Shown here piece by piece: positions 29,193 through 38,628 of a DNA stretch of 64,000 nt. Both the position numbers and the translations under genes were made by a program. Position 1 is the stretch's first letter. Each line of letters begins with the position of its first letter. Source of the stretch: an uncultured bacterium (GTDB lineage Bacteria > Verrucomicrobiota > Kiritimatiellia > PWTM01); NCBI GenBank assembly GCA_900661335.1, contig CAACVY010000001.1, positions 61,379 through 125,378 of the forward strand, in the 5' to 3' direction. The notes beneath the pieces were generated by a model. That model saw only the letters and a list, made by a program, of their open reading frames with translations, was not told the DNA's origin and made no database searches.

Positions 29193-30028
29193 GCATCGCC
29201 ATCGACATGGAGGTCGTACGGGCTGCTCAGGACGCCGTCCGGGCGCAATGGCCGGATTTCACCGAACCATGTGGCGCGGCCATATTCGGTTCGGGATGGG
29301 GAGAAGTCGTCCAGGCGTTCAAGCTGCACGACGTCATTCCGTACGAGCAGATCCCCGGGCTTGGACGTCCGGGCGTGCCCGGACACGCCGGGGAACTGAT
29401 CCGCGCCCAGACTTCTCGAGGGCGTTGGCTGGTGCTCTTCAGGGGACGTCGCCATTTCTACGAAGGACATGGCTGGACGCCGGTGGCGATTCCGGTATTC
29501 ATCCTGCAGGCGCTGCGGTGTCCGTGGGTATTGCTGACCAACGCCGCGGGCGGAATCCTTCCCACATTCAAACCCGGGGACTTCATGATCCTCCGGGACC
29601 ACATCCACGCGATGGGCAGCCATCCGTTGGTCGGAACGAGTGGCCGATGGGGGATTGCGATGTTTCCGGACATGACGGACGCCTACGATGCGGAGTTGCG
29701 GGAGCGCCTCCGTACGGCTGCGTGCGCCATGGGTGTGGACGTGTCCGAGGGCGTGTACATCGGGGTCAGTGGCCCCACATACGAAACGCCGGCGGAGGTC
29801 AGTGCGTTTCGGCGTTGGGGGGCCGATGCCGTGGGAATGTCCACGACACCCGAAACGATTCTGGCTCGCGCCTTAGGGCTTCGAGTGGCCGCGATCAGCT
29901 GTATTACCAACCGGGCGGCGGGGACCGGGCCGGGCCGGCTAAGTCACGACGAGGTCGTGCAAGTGATGAAACAAAGCGCGAAGGCAGCCGCGCGGTGGCT
30001 TCGCGCGTTTTGGGATGCGATGGAATGA
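29189..30028 (+). CDS. punA: purine nucleoside phosphorylase (PNP/MTAP trimeric family)
   Basis: GSGWG...HAGELI...FRGRRHFYEGH...TNAAGG...MSTTPE. The ATG overlaps the deoA stop (ATGA). Confidence 0.8.
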   Translation: MSIAIDMEVVRAAQDAVRAQWPDFTEPCGAAIFGSGWGEVVQAFKLHDVIPYEQIPGLGRPGVPGHAGELIRAQTSRGRWLVLFRGRRHFYEGHGWTPVAIPVFILQALRCPWVLLTNAAGGILPTFKPGDFMILRDHIHAMGSHPLVGTSGRWGIAMFPDMTDAYDAELRERLRTAACAMGVDVSEGVYIGVSGPTYETPAEVSAFRRWGADAVGMSTTPETILARALGLRVAAISCITNRAAGTGPGRLSHDEVVQVMKQSAKAAARWLRAFWDAME

Positions 30029-30456
30029 GCGGTGGTCTGGATCGTCATATCCGCGATGCGTTGCTGACGGCTGCACGGACGGCGCGCCGACATGCGTACG
30101 CGCCGTACTCGCGCTACGCAGTAGGGGCGGCGGTGTTGGGCGACAACGAAGAGGTGTATGCGGGTGCGAACGTCGAGAATGCCTCGTACGGGCTCACCAT
30201 TTGTGCAGAGCGGTCCGCTGTGGCCGCGGCCGTGGCGGCAGGTGTTCACCGGCTGCGGGCGGTGGCGGTGGTGGCCGACGGTGCGCCGCCATTGCCTTGC
30301 GGAGCCTGCCGACAGGTGCTGGTGGAGTTCATGCAGCCCGACGCCGTGGTGTGGGTGGCGGGTGCGGACCCCCGGTCGCGGGTGAAACAATTTCGTCTTG
30401 GCGACTTGTTGCCGGAAGCATTTCGACTCGACCGACGTATGGGCTCGCGGAAATGA
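30025..30456 (+). CDS. cdd: cytidine deaminase
   Basis: AYAPYSRYAVGAAV...CAERSA...PCGACRQVL zinc-binding motifs. ATGA overlap with punA. Confidence 0.85.
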   Translation: MSGGLDRHIRDALLTAARTARRHAYAPYSRYAVGAAVLGDNEEVYAGANVENASYGLTICAERSAVAAAVAAGVHRLRAVAVVADGAPPLPCGACRQVLVEFMQPDAVVWVAGADPRSRVKQFRLGDLLPEAFRLDRRMGSRK

Positions 30457-31505
30457 TCGAACGCATGGTTTCCAGGCACCCTGCACCCTGGCGGCGGTTG
30501 GAGGATAGTCGGTTCGAGTGCGGCCTGTGCCCCCAACGGTGCAAGTTGCGGCCTGGCCAGCGCGGGATCTGCTTCATTCGCCGCGCCACCGAGGAAGGCG
30601 TGATCCTTAGCGAGTATGGCCGACTGAGTAGCGTGGCGGTCGACCCGATCGAAAAGAAGCCGCTCTATCACTTCCTTCCCGGAAGCAGTTCGCTATCGTT
30701 GGGCACGATCGGCTGCAATCTCATCTGCCGGTTTTGCCAAAACTGGCACATCAGCAAACCGAACGATGACAGCGCATTGGGCGAAGAGCGACTGGCGCCA
30801 GAGCAAATTGCTGAGGCAGCAACACGGACCAGATGCGCCAGCGTGTCGTACACGTACAACGAGCCGATCATCGGGTTCGAGTTTACGCTCGATTGCGCCG
30901 ACGCCTGTCGAGAACGTGGCTTGGCCAACGTGGCCGTGACCAACGGTTACATCGAGCCGGAGCCGCGCGAGGAGTTCTTCTCGGCCATGGATGCAACGAA
31001 CGTGGACCTAAAGTCGTTCAACGACCGATGGTATCGCCGAGTCTGTGGCGCGCACCTGCAGCCGGTGTTGGATACTTTGGTCTTCATTCGCTCGAAGACT
31101 CGGTGCTGGCTCGAGATCACCACGCTTCTGATCCCGGGCGAGAACGACAGTCCATCGGAATTGACCCGCTTGGTGGACTGGGTGCTGTCCAACCTCGGGC
31201 CGGAAGTCCCATTGCACTTCACGGCGTTTCATCCGAACTACCGGATGCTCGACCACGAGCCGACGCCGCCCGAGCTACTTCAGCGCGCCAGAAAGTTGGC
31301 GATGGACGCGGGGATGCGCTACGTGTACACCGGCAACATCTGGGACCCCGAGGGATCGACCACCTGGTGCAGCGGATGCGGAGCGGCGCTCGTTCGTCGG
31401 CGGGGCTTCACGGTCACCGAATTGCGCGTGGGGAGCGGCGGTCGCTGCCCTCAGTGTGGGCAGGTCTGTCCGGGCGTTTGGGAACCGCCCCGCGCCTCCC
31501 GGTGA
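30453..31505 (+). CDS. AmmeMemoRadiSam-system-type radical SAM enzyme
   Basis: ECGLCPQRC...GICFIR (N-terminal Cys pair), the radical-SAM CNLICRFC motif, and C-terminal CSGCG...CPQCG. ATGA overlap with cdd. Confidence 0.65.
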   Translation: MIERMVSRHPAPWRRLEDSRFECGLCPQRCKLRPGQRGICFIRRATEEGVILSEYGRLSSVAVDPIEKKPLYHFLPGSSSLSLGTIGCNLICRFCQNWHISKPNDDSALGEERLAPEQIAEAATRTRCASVSYTYNEPIIGFEFTLDCADACRERGLANVAVTNGYIEPEPREEFFSAMDATNVDLKSFNDRWYRRVCGAHLQPVLDTLVFIRSKTRCWLEITTLLIPGENDSPSELTRLVDWVLSNLGPEVPLHFTAFHPNYRMLDHEPTPPELLQRARKLAMDAGMRYVYTGNIWDPEGSTTWCSGCGAALVRRRGFTVTELRVGSGGRCPQCGQVCPGVWEPPRASR

Positions 31506-31513
31506 TTGGGCGG

Positions 31514-34090
31514 TCAACGCGCGGACACCTTGGGCGGAGTGCGACGTTCCCAGCGCCCGGGGGAACCGAGCAAAACCGGCACCACCCAATCCCGTTCACC
31601 CTCCAGTGACCATCGCGCGTTCAACTTGGCGGACGCTTCCGATTGGACGCGGATCGCGGCGTTGGTGATGAGGCGTTGGTTCGGCGCGAGCTGAAAATCG
31701 ATCGAAGCTGGTGTGACCTTCACGTTTTCTCCGGCGAGCGCAAGGCGCCCGCGAGCGGGGCGGTCGTGGGGTGCGGACACGACAATTTCCAAGACGGAAG
31801 GATCTTCGGTCAGCCACGTCACGTTGAGGTTGGGCGCCGTGCGTTCAAGATCATACATGACGTTGGGCGAGGAGAGGTACCCCATGGCGCTCATTGCAAT
31901 GTCGAGCCGGTAGAGTGGATCCTGCATCAACGTCACGCGTCGATCCAATGCCGGGAATGTGGTGCTGTACATCCGAAATCGACCCGGCGCCGATACGACA
32001 ATCTCTTCGCGCCAATCGCCTACCAAATCGCAGACGAGCACTGGAGTGCCGTCCAAAACGGTTGCGTGCCGTCGCCCGCGGAAATCTTCGATGGTCCGGT
32101 TCATGATCAACTCGCGTTGCAGGTCTGCATCCCACCAGACGCCCATTCGACCCCATCCCAGGTCCAGCGATCGGTCGAGCAGTCGTCCATCTGCGGCGTG
32201 CAACCAACGGTCGCCCGTGGGCTTGTGGTCCACGGAGTCGGCCCCATAGCATTCGGCACCGGCGAACCGGGCATCGATATCCGCGCAAAGGCCGAGAGAG
32301 TGAATGTGTCGCGTGGGCGTACGCAGTCCCCAAAGGATCCGTCCGGTGCGGGCGTCTACCATGCACATGCCGTTGCTGGGTTGGCGCGTTTCGATACCGT
32401 AATAGATTTCCATTCCGGGACGGCCCGGCCACAAGTCGCCGAGGAACATGTGATCCGGGTGCCCCAGGCCAGTGCACCATAGCGGCGCGCCGGTGTCGTC
32501 GAGTACAAGACTACCCAGAATGATTTCATCGCGTCCGTCTTGGTCCACGTCGTACGCCCGCGTGAAGTGTGCACCTTGGCCGAAGAAGCGTCGTCCGTAG
32601 TGGCGGCTATCGAAGGACCACAGTCGTCGCAAGGAACGTCCGTCGAAGTCCCACGCGTCCGCTTTCATCACGGTGTAGGTGCCGCGAAGTGCGATCAGGC
32701 ACGGGGTGCGTCCATCCAAGTAGGCCACCGCGAGTTGGTTTCGACTCGCGTAGTTGTAGCCGCGCAGGTCCTCGCCGAATCCTTCCCGATTCGGCCAGGG
32801 AACGCGCGCGCGTTCGCGGCCGGTGGCACCGTCGAGTACCAGCAGCCATTCAGGTCCAGATCGAACGCGTCCATCGGCATCGCGCGGATCGCCTTCGCCT
32901 GCTTTGACCGCCACCTCCGCACGGCCGTCGCCGTCCAAGTCGTACACCAGGTACGGCGAGTACCAGATACCTTGTTCGATCGCCCAGCCCATGTCGTAGG
33001 ACCACAGAAATGTTCCATCCGAACGGTAGGCCTCGAGCCGGTAGGTGCCCGGCGATTTTTTCCAGTAGGCTTCGTAAGGGTCGATGTTTGAGTCCGGGAG
33101 CTTGAGGACAAAGTCATACTGCCCATCGCCATCCAAATCGCCTACGCCGCACTTCTGGAATCCCTCGGAAGGATTGCGCAGTGGAAACTCAAACGCAGGG
33201 CTTGGGGTGGGGCGGGGGACTTGGGCGGCGACGGTGACTTGAGCCAGAAGCGAACTGGACCCGGCGCGGTACAGCTCGTAGATGCATGCTTGGGCGTCGT
33301 TTGGCGCGGAGGAGTCCAGGAAGTCGGTGGTGAGGAAGATCGGTCCCAGCCGTACGACTTGTTCGCCGGTGCGGCGGACCAGTTCAAAGGTGGTGTCGCG
33401 AGGATCGGTCTGCAAGAGTCGCCAGCTTAGGTACACTCCGGCTGGCACCCGTTGTGCGATCAAACCTCGATCCAAGCGTTCCCGGATGCGCTGCGAGGCG
33501 TGGCCGGTTACCGGCACTGCGGCCGGTGGCATGGGAACGGGCACGAGCGTGATGGTATCGAAGTAGCACGGCCCGGGATTGGCGGGGTCCGAGAACCGAT
33601 CATCCACGAAAAATTCCACGACTCCATTTGTCACGCGCAGATCGTCCCACACCGGGCTCGAGGTCACGCGGATCCACCGCTGACTGTCCAGGGAAGCGGC
33701 GAGACCACGGACGGCGCGAATCAGCAATTCGTAGCGACCGGCCGGCACCTGCGTCAGACGTACGCGCAAGGGTGGCGCGCCCTCCTCGGGCGATGTTCGA
33801 TCGGCGGAAACCGGTGGGCTGCGAAGCACCGCACCACCGGACCATTTCCGATCCGCATCGCGGTCTTGGGTCCACAGCGTCCAACGATCCGGACGGTGCT
33901 CATTCGTAAGCCAAGCCGAAGGTGGATACGAGACTTGTTCGGCTTCCCAGACCAGCCCGGTCGGGGTTTGGGCAAAGGAGATGCAACCTAGCCCGAGCGC
34001 ACATGCCCAGAGTGCGGGTCGAAGGATCGTGGTGGTTTGTGACTTCCATCGGCAAAACCGGTTCGAAAGAGGGACTATGTACGGCCACAT
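31514..34090 (-). CDS. rhamnogalacturonan lyase, polysaccharide lyase family 11, with a C-terminal extension
   Basis: Signal peptide. FG-GAP/VCBS-like DLDGDGQYDF and DLDGDGRAE repeats in a propeller typical of YesW/YesX. Confidence 0.65.
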   Translation of the reverse strand: MWPYIVPLSNRFCRWKSQTTTILRPALWACALGLGCISFAQTPTGLVWEAEQVSYPPSAWLTNEHRPDRWTLWTQDRDADRKWSGGAVLRSPPVSADRTSPEEGAPPLRVRLTQVPAGRYELLIRAVRGLAASLDSQRWIRVTSSPVWDDLRVTNGVVEFFVDDRFSDPANPGPCYFDTITLVPVPMPPAAVPVTGHASQRIRERLDRGLIAQRVPAGVYLSWRLLQTDPRDTTFELVRRTGEQVVRLGPIFLTTDFLDSSAPNDAQACIYELYRAGSSSLLAQVTVAAQVPRPTPSPAFEFPLRNPSEGFQKCGVGDLDGDGQYDFVLKLPDSNIDPYEAYWKKSPGTYRLEAYRSDGTFLWSYDMGWAIEQGIWYSPYLVYDLDGDGRAEVAVKAGEGDPRDADGRVRSGPEWLLVLDGATGRERARVPWPNREGFGEDLRGYNYASRNQLAVAYLDGRTPCLIALRGTYTVMKADAWDFDGRSLRRLWSFDSRHYGRRFFGQGAHFTRAYDVDQDGRDEIILGSLVLDDTGAPLWCTGLGHPDHMFLGDLWPGRPGMEIYYGIETRQPSNGMCMVDARTGRILWGLRTPTRHIHSLGLCADIDARFAGAECYGADSVDHKPTGDRWLHAADGRLLDRSLDLGWGRMGVWWDADLQRELIMNRTIEDFRGRRHATVLDGTPVLVCDLVGDWREEIVVSAPGRFRMYSTTFPALDRRVTLMQDPLYRLDIAMSAMGYLSSPNVMYDLERTAPNLNVTWLTEDPSVLEIVVSAPHDRPARGRLALAGENVKVTPASIDFQLAPNQRLITNAAIRVQSEASAKLNARWSLEGERDWVVPVLLGSPGRWERRTPPKVSAR

Positions 34091-34202
34091 GTTCGGACCT
34101 CCTTACGGTTCGTGCCCTCATCCATGGCGAAATGGCACGGGCGTTGGTAAGATACCCCGACCATGGAATCGTGGGCAACCCCACGCGGAATGGAGTTTGA
34201 AG

Positions 34203-34949
34203 ATGTTCGACTTCGTCGTTGGGTGGTTTTCGTATCCGGTGGTGGCGGACGTCGTGCAAGCGTTCCGGGACAGCAGTTTTTGGTCCGGGAAGGTCATCGT
34301 CGTGATTCTGATCTTGGCCTCCATTGTGGCCTGGTCGGTGATGTGGTCGAAATACCTCGAGTTGCGGGCTGCACAAACCGCGTCGGAGCGGTTTTTGATT
34401 GAGTTCCGCCGCCGCGGCAACCCGGTGGCGCTCTTCCTAGAGAACCGGTCGTTTCCGGAGAGCCCTTTGTACCATGTGTATGTCAGTGCGTGCCACGTCA
34501 TCGCGGAGCAAATCGGGGCGCAATCGTCCAGCCATTGGGGCGGGCCGACGGTCAATCCTTCCGTGCGGTTATCTACCCTGCAGGTGGAAATGCTCCGCCA
34601 AGTGGCAGACCGCACCGTGGCCGATCAGGCGTTGAAGCTTGAGCGACGGATGGGCCATCTGATGCTGGCGGTGAGTATCAGTCCGATGCTAGGTCTTCTG
34701 GGCACGGTGTGGGGTGTTCTAGATGCCTTTGGTGCCATGGCGCATAAAGGTGCGGCCAACCTGACGGCCGTCGCCCCTGGCATTTCGGCCGCGTTGCTGA
34801 CTACTGTGGTCGGGTTGCTGGTCGCGATTCCATCGGCCATCGGCTACAACCTGTTGGCGTCCCGCATCCGCACCTTGGTGGTACTGATGGATAACTTCTC
34901 GCAAGAGCTGATCGCAGCGATCCAGTTGCGCTTCAGCGCGGAGCCGTGA
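34203..34949 (+). CDS. exbB: MotA/TolQ/ExbB proton-channel protein
   Basis: MFDFVVGWF..., and three TM helices with the LGLLGTVWGV signature. The ORF upstream of ATG 34203 is an artefact. Confidence 0.8.
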   Translation: MFDFVVGWFSYPVVADVVQAFRDSSFWSGKVIVVILILASIVAWSVMWSKYLELRAAQTASERFLIEFRRRGNPVALFLENRSFPESPLYHVYVSACHVIAEQIGAQSSSHWGGPTVNPSVRLSTLQVEMLRQVADRTVADQALKLERRMGHLMLAVSISPMLGLLGTVWGVLDAFGAMAHKGAANLTAVAPGISAALLTTVVGLLVAIPSAIGYNLLASRIRTLVVLMDNFSQELIAAIQLRFSAEP

Positions 34950-35365
34950 TCATGCCGCGACGGACCACTATTGTCGGGCTCAGCGAGATCAAAGAAATCA
35001 ACCTCACACCCTTGATTGACCTGACCTTCCTGTTGCTCATCACGTTCATCATCACGTTCCCGATGATCGAACAGGGGGTGCCGGTCAACTTGCCTCAGGG
35101 GAAAGCGGAGGACCTGTCCGACCGTACCACGCGGACGATCACGATCGACGCGCAGGGGCGGTTGTTTTTGGACCGGCAACCGATCGACGTCGCCGAGCTG
35201 GCCAACCAGATGAAAACGCTGGGGGAGGCAGTGCCGGAGACGATTGTGATGGTTCGGGCTGACGAAAAAGTGCCGTTTGGCCGGGTGGCGGAAGTTCTCC
35301 GGATTTTGCACGACGCCAAGATCACGAGGTTGGCCGTCCTATATCGTCCAGAGCGAGGCGCATGA
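34946..35365 (+). CDS. exbD: ExbD/TolR biopolymer transport protein
   Basis: INLTPLIDLTFLLLITFI... Confidence 0.8.
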   Translation: MIMPRRTTIVGLSEIKEINLTPLIDLTFLLLITFIITFPMIEQGVPVNLPQGKAEDLSDRTTRTITIDAQGRLFLDRQPIDVAELANQMKTLGEAVPETIVMVRADEKVPFGRVAEVLRILHDAKITRLAVLYRPERGA

Positions 35366-36081
35366 CTCGGGCGGGCGACATCGAAATTGTTCTTCGCACC
35401 ACGGCCATCCACGCGTTGGTGATTCTGGCCTTCGTGGTAGGATCGTGGATTCAGACGGTGTTCATTCGTCCGCGCCGGCCCCAATCGATCATGGTCTTTA
35501 CGATGCCGGACTTGCCCCCGCGGGCGCCCGAGACTGCCATGCTGGAGCCGAAGGTGACGCCACCGGAGCCCAAGGCGCCCCCTCCAGAGCGGACCGCGAC
35601 CATCCCGGAACCGACGGAACGTCCTAAACCTAAGGTGCAGGTGAGCCGCGTGAAAGTCACGCGCACCAACGTGCCGCCGGTTCAACCGGCGCCGAAGCTC
35701 AGTGCCGACGAAATCCGTCGGATCCTCGCGGCTGGAATGCCGACCGCCTCGCGGACCGCTCGCGACACGTCCGCGGCGGTTCCGGGTGGGACGAGCGATT
35801 GGTATTTAGCCGTTGTGCACAAACTCTTATACGACGCGTGGGACCAGCCGACCGGCGCCGGCCTGAGCGCCGGGACGACGGTGTTCGTGTCGTTACGGGT
35901 GGCCCGAGATGGGACCGTCGTGCGCTCGGAGATTATTCGCCGCTCAGGGCATTCGATTCTGGACCAGTCCGTACAGCAAGCGCTGGACCGAGTTCGAAAG
36001 CTGCCGCCTTTGCCAGATTCTTGGGTTGGACAATACCGCGACATTCAAATTGCGTTTGAGTTGACTCGCGAAGGAGGATAG
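35362..36081 (+). CDS. tonB: TonB-family energy transducer (Pro-rich linker + TonB C-terminal domain)
   Basis: N-terminal TM, a PEPKAPPPE Pro-rich region, and a C-terminal domain. Confidence 0.7.
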   Translation: MTRAGDIEIVLRTTAIHALVILAFVVGSWIQTVFIRPRRPQSIMVFTMPDLPPRAPETAMLEPKVTPPEPKAPPPERTATIPEPTERPKPKVQVSRVKVTRTNVPPVQPAPKLSADEIRRILAAGMPTASRTARDTSAAVPGGTSDWYLAVVHKLLYDAWDQPTGAGLSAGTTVFVSLRVARDGTVVRSEIIRRSGHSILDQSVQQALDRVRKLPPLPDSWVGQYRDIQIAFELTREGG

Positions 36082-36083
36082 CT

Positions 36084-36644
36084 ATGGCCAATGAAACCTT
36101 CTTGCGTCCAGTCGCGCCTCCGACTGCGGCGCTGTTAGTAGTGGATGTGCAGGATCGCTTGGTTCGGGTGATGCCCGACCCAGAGCGCTTGATTCGTCGC
36201 ATTGAGCAACTACTTCGAGCGTGTCAGATTTTGCAGGTTCCGGTGTTCGTGACCGAACAGGTGCCGGAGAAAATTGGGCCCACCGTCGAGCCGCTGAGGT
36301 CGTTGCTGCCGGACGCACCGCATCCGAAGTCCTCGTTCAGTTGCTGGGGCTGTGAGTCGTTGAAGGCGGCGCTGACAAGCTCCGGGCGGAGCACGGTGAT
36401 CGTCGCGGGTATCGAAGCGCACGTGTGCGTGTTTCAAACCGTCCGCGATCTTTTGGCGAGAGACTTTCGGGTGCTCGTGGTGGCCGACGCGGTCGACTCT
36501 CGTTCTCCCACGGACCGCCAGGTGGCATTGGATCGAATGCGGCAGGCTGGAGCCGAAGTGGCCACGGTCGAAATGCTACTGTTCGACCTGTTGGGCGACG
36601 CATCCCACCCTCAGTTCCGCGCGATTCACGCGTTGGTCAAGTAG
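36084..36644 (+). CDS. isochorismatase-family cysteine hydrolase
   Basis: LLVVDVQ...VFVTEQ...VIVAGIEAHVCV. Confidence 0.75.
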   Translation: MANETFLRPVAPPTAALLVVDVQDRLVRVMPDPERLIRRIEQLLRACQILQVPVFVTEQVPEKIGPTVEPLRSLLPDAPHPKSSFSCWGCESLKAALTSSGRSTVIVAGIEAHVCVFQTVRDLLARDFRVLVVADAVDSRSPTDRQVALDRMRQAGAEVATVEMLLFDLLGDASHPQFRAIHALVK

Positions 36645-36650
36645 CATAGG

Positions 36651-36728
<78 letters not shown>

Positions 36729-37299
36729 GAGTATTTTGCCATGCGGCTTGGCTTTCTTCAAGTCTCGGGCCGATTGCGTGACTGAGGTGGGCGAGACCAC
36801 GTGCCGCAGGCGGTCCATTCCGGCGCTTGGGCGCGTGAATGAAAGGGCGAACGTCGTAATCGGGCTTCGTGGTTAGGAGCGTTCATGCCCATACGTCTTC
36901 GCGTAGTGCTGCCGAGCATAAGCCGCCGGGCGTAGGGGCAGCGGAGCGTCGGAACTCGAGCGGCCGGCGGGGCGGCCATGAAGTGGACGCGTGTCGAAGG
37001 ACATGGGGTGTGGACGCCCTCGGCATGCCGCGTCCGCGTGACCCACGTGCGCATGGTTGAATGGCTGTGGCCGCACGGCATTGGGGTCGGGCGAACCAAG
37101 GGAAAAAACGGTTCGGTTGTACCCCACGGTTTGGATTGGTCAGGTTCCATGGTGGACGAACAGCGTGTCAAGGTGGCGATTTGGTCCGTGCGTGGACAGG
37201 GGGAAAGCGGCGCCCTCAAGACTTGTCGCTCGGGCAATGCTAGCGTAGACTCCAGCGTAGTGGATACAGAAACCACATCAGTCGAACAAGGAGAGCCTC

Positions 37300-38628
37300 A
37301 TGAAGCGACGCCATTTCCTTCGATCGGCCACTGGCGCGAGCACGCTGTGGATTCTTCGCAGCGGGGCGTTGGCAGGGCCGACCGCTCCTAGCAACCGTTT
37401 GAACATTGCATTGATCGGGGTCTGGGGCCGAGCGTTGGCCCACTACGACTGGCTCAAGGACGAGAACGTCGTAGCGCTCTGCGACATTAACGAACGGCAT
37501 CTTGCGGAAGCGACCAAGAAATTTCCGAACGCACAAACATACGTGGACTGGCGAAAGTGCCTTGACCAGAAGGGGCTGGATGCAGTCGTTTGCTGCACCG
37601 CGGACCATACGCATGCCCATATCGCGACGTGGGCCATCAACCGCGGGCTGCATGTGTACATGGAAAAACCGCTGGCCAATAGCGTGGAGGAAGCGCGAGT
37701 GGTGCGTGCGAAGTACCTGGCCAAGCGGGATAAAGTTGCGACACAAGTCGGCACGCAGCGACACGCCCACGAGAACTTCAACCGCATCCGAGAACTGGTA
37801 CACGACGGAGCAATCGGCGAGCTCAAGGCGGCCTGGGCTTGGGGCAATCGGAAAATTCGTCGCGACGGGTATTTGCCGCCGGCGGGCGATCCACCGGAGT
37901 GGTTGCATTGGGACCTTTGGCTGGGCCCGTCGCCGTGGCACCCCTATAACCCCGGCTATTTCTCCGGTGGGCCCGGCGCGAACTGCCTCCAGTGGAACAT
38001 GTACTGGGATTTTGGCAGCGGCCAGGTGGGGGATATGGGCAGCCACACGATGGACCTGGTGTGGAACGTGATCGACGGCACTCACCCGGTCTCTGCAGAG
38101 GGCAAAGGCGAGCCGTTCAATCCGGAGGTGACACCGGTCGAGCTGACGACCACCTTCGAAATTCCGGCCAACTCCTGGCGGCCCGCGATCACTGTGCAGT
38201 GGTGCCAGGGTGGTGCCATGCCGAACTCGCCGCGGGAATACATCGACTTGAACAAGATCGGCCATGGGGCCATGTTCAAGGGCTCTCGCGGAGTGTTGGT
38301 CTGTGATTTTACGACTCGCGTGCTCATCCCTGTGGGCGAAAAAGACGACATGACCTACTATCAGCCGCGATCCAAGGAACGGCTGATTCCACCCATGGGA
38401 GCCTTTGCAGGCGAGTGGGTGCGCGCGTGTAAAAGCAGCGATCACCGCACCTCGTGCAACTTCGACTACGCTGGTATCATGATCGAGATGATGTTGCTCG
38501 GGTTGGTGGCCTACCGCGTCGGGAAGAAACTTGAATACGACGGCACCCAGGGCCGTGTGACCAACGTCCCAGAAGCCAACGAATTGCTGTGCCGAAAGTA
38601 CCGGGAAGGGTGGCCGCTCGATGGCTGA
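37300..38628 (+). CDS. Tat-secreted Gfo/Idh/MocA-family oxidoreductase
   Basis: Twin-arginine signal MKRRHFLRSATGASTLW, AAGGAG Shine-Dalgarno, and a Rossmann segment IALIGVWGR. Confidence 0.75.
   Translation: MKRRHFLRSATGASTLWILRSGALAGPTAPSNRLNIALIGVWGRALAHYDWLKDENVVALCDINERHLAEATKKFPNAQTYVDWRKCLDQKGLDAVVCCTADHTHAHIATWAINRGLHVYMEKPLANSVEEARVVRAKYLAKRDKVATQVGTQRHAHENFNRIRELVHDGAIGELKAAWAWGNRKIRRDGYLPPAGDPPEWLHWDLWLGPSPWHPYNPGYFSGGPGANCLQWNMYWDFGSGQVGDMGSHTMDLVWNVIDGTHPVSAEGKGEPFNPEVTPVELTTTFEIPANSWRPAITVQWCQGGAMPNSPREYIDLNKIGHGAMFKGSRGVLVCDFTTRVLIPVGEKDDMTYYQPRSKERLIPPMGAFAGEWVRACKSSDHRTSCNFDYAGIMIEMMLLGLVAYRVGKKLEYDGTQGRVTNVPEANELLCRKYREGWPLDG

Noticed and set aside
27986-29623. 545-aa minus-strand ORF antisense to deoA/punA
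   Set aside because: The sense strand carries unmistakable phosphorylase motifs (DKHSTGGIGD). The antisense ORF is low-complexity Ser/Arg/Pro-rich.
29248-30456. 402-aa ORF listed as a single protein
   Set aside because: Only the last about 143 aa (from ATG 30025) form cytidine deaminase. The upstream part is an out-of-frame read-through across punA with Arg/Gly-rich junk composition.
30015-31505. 496-aa ORF listed as one protein
   Set aside because: The first about 146 aa are a Gly/Arg/Cys-rich shadow of cdd. The real radical SAM gene starts at ATG 30453, coupled to the cdd stop.
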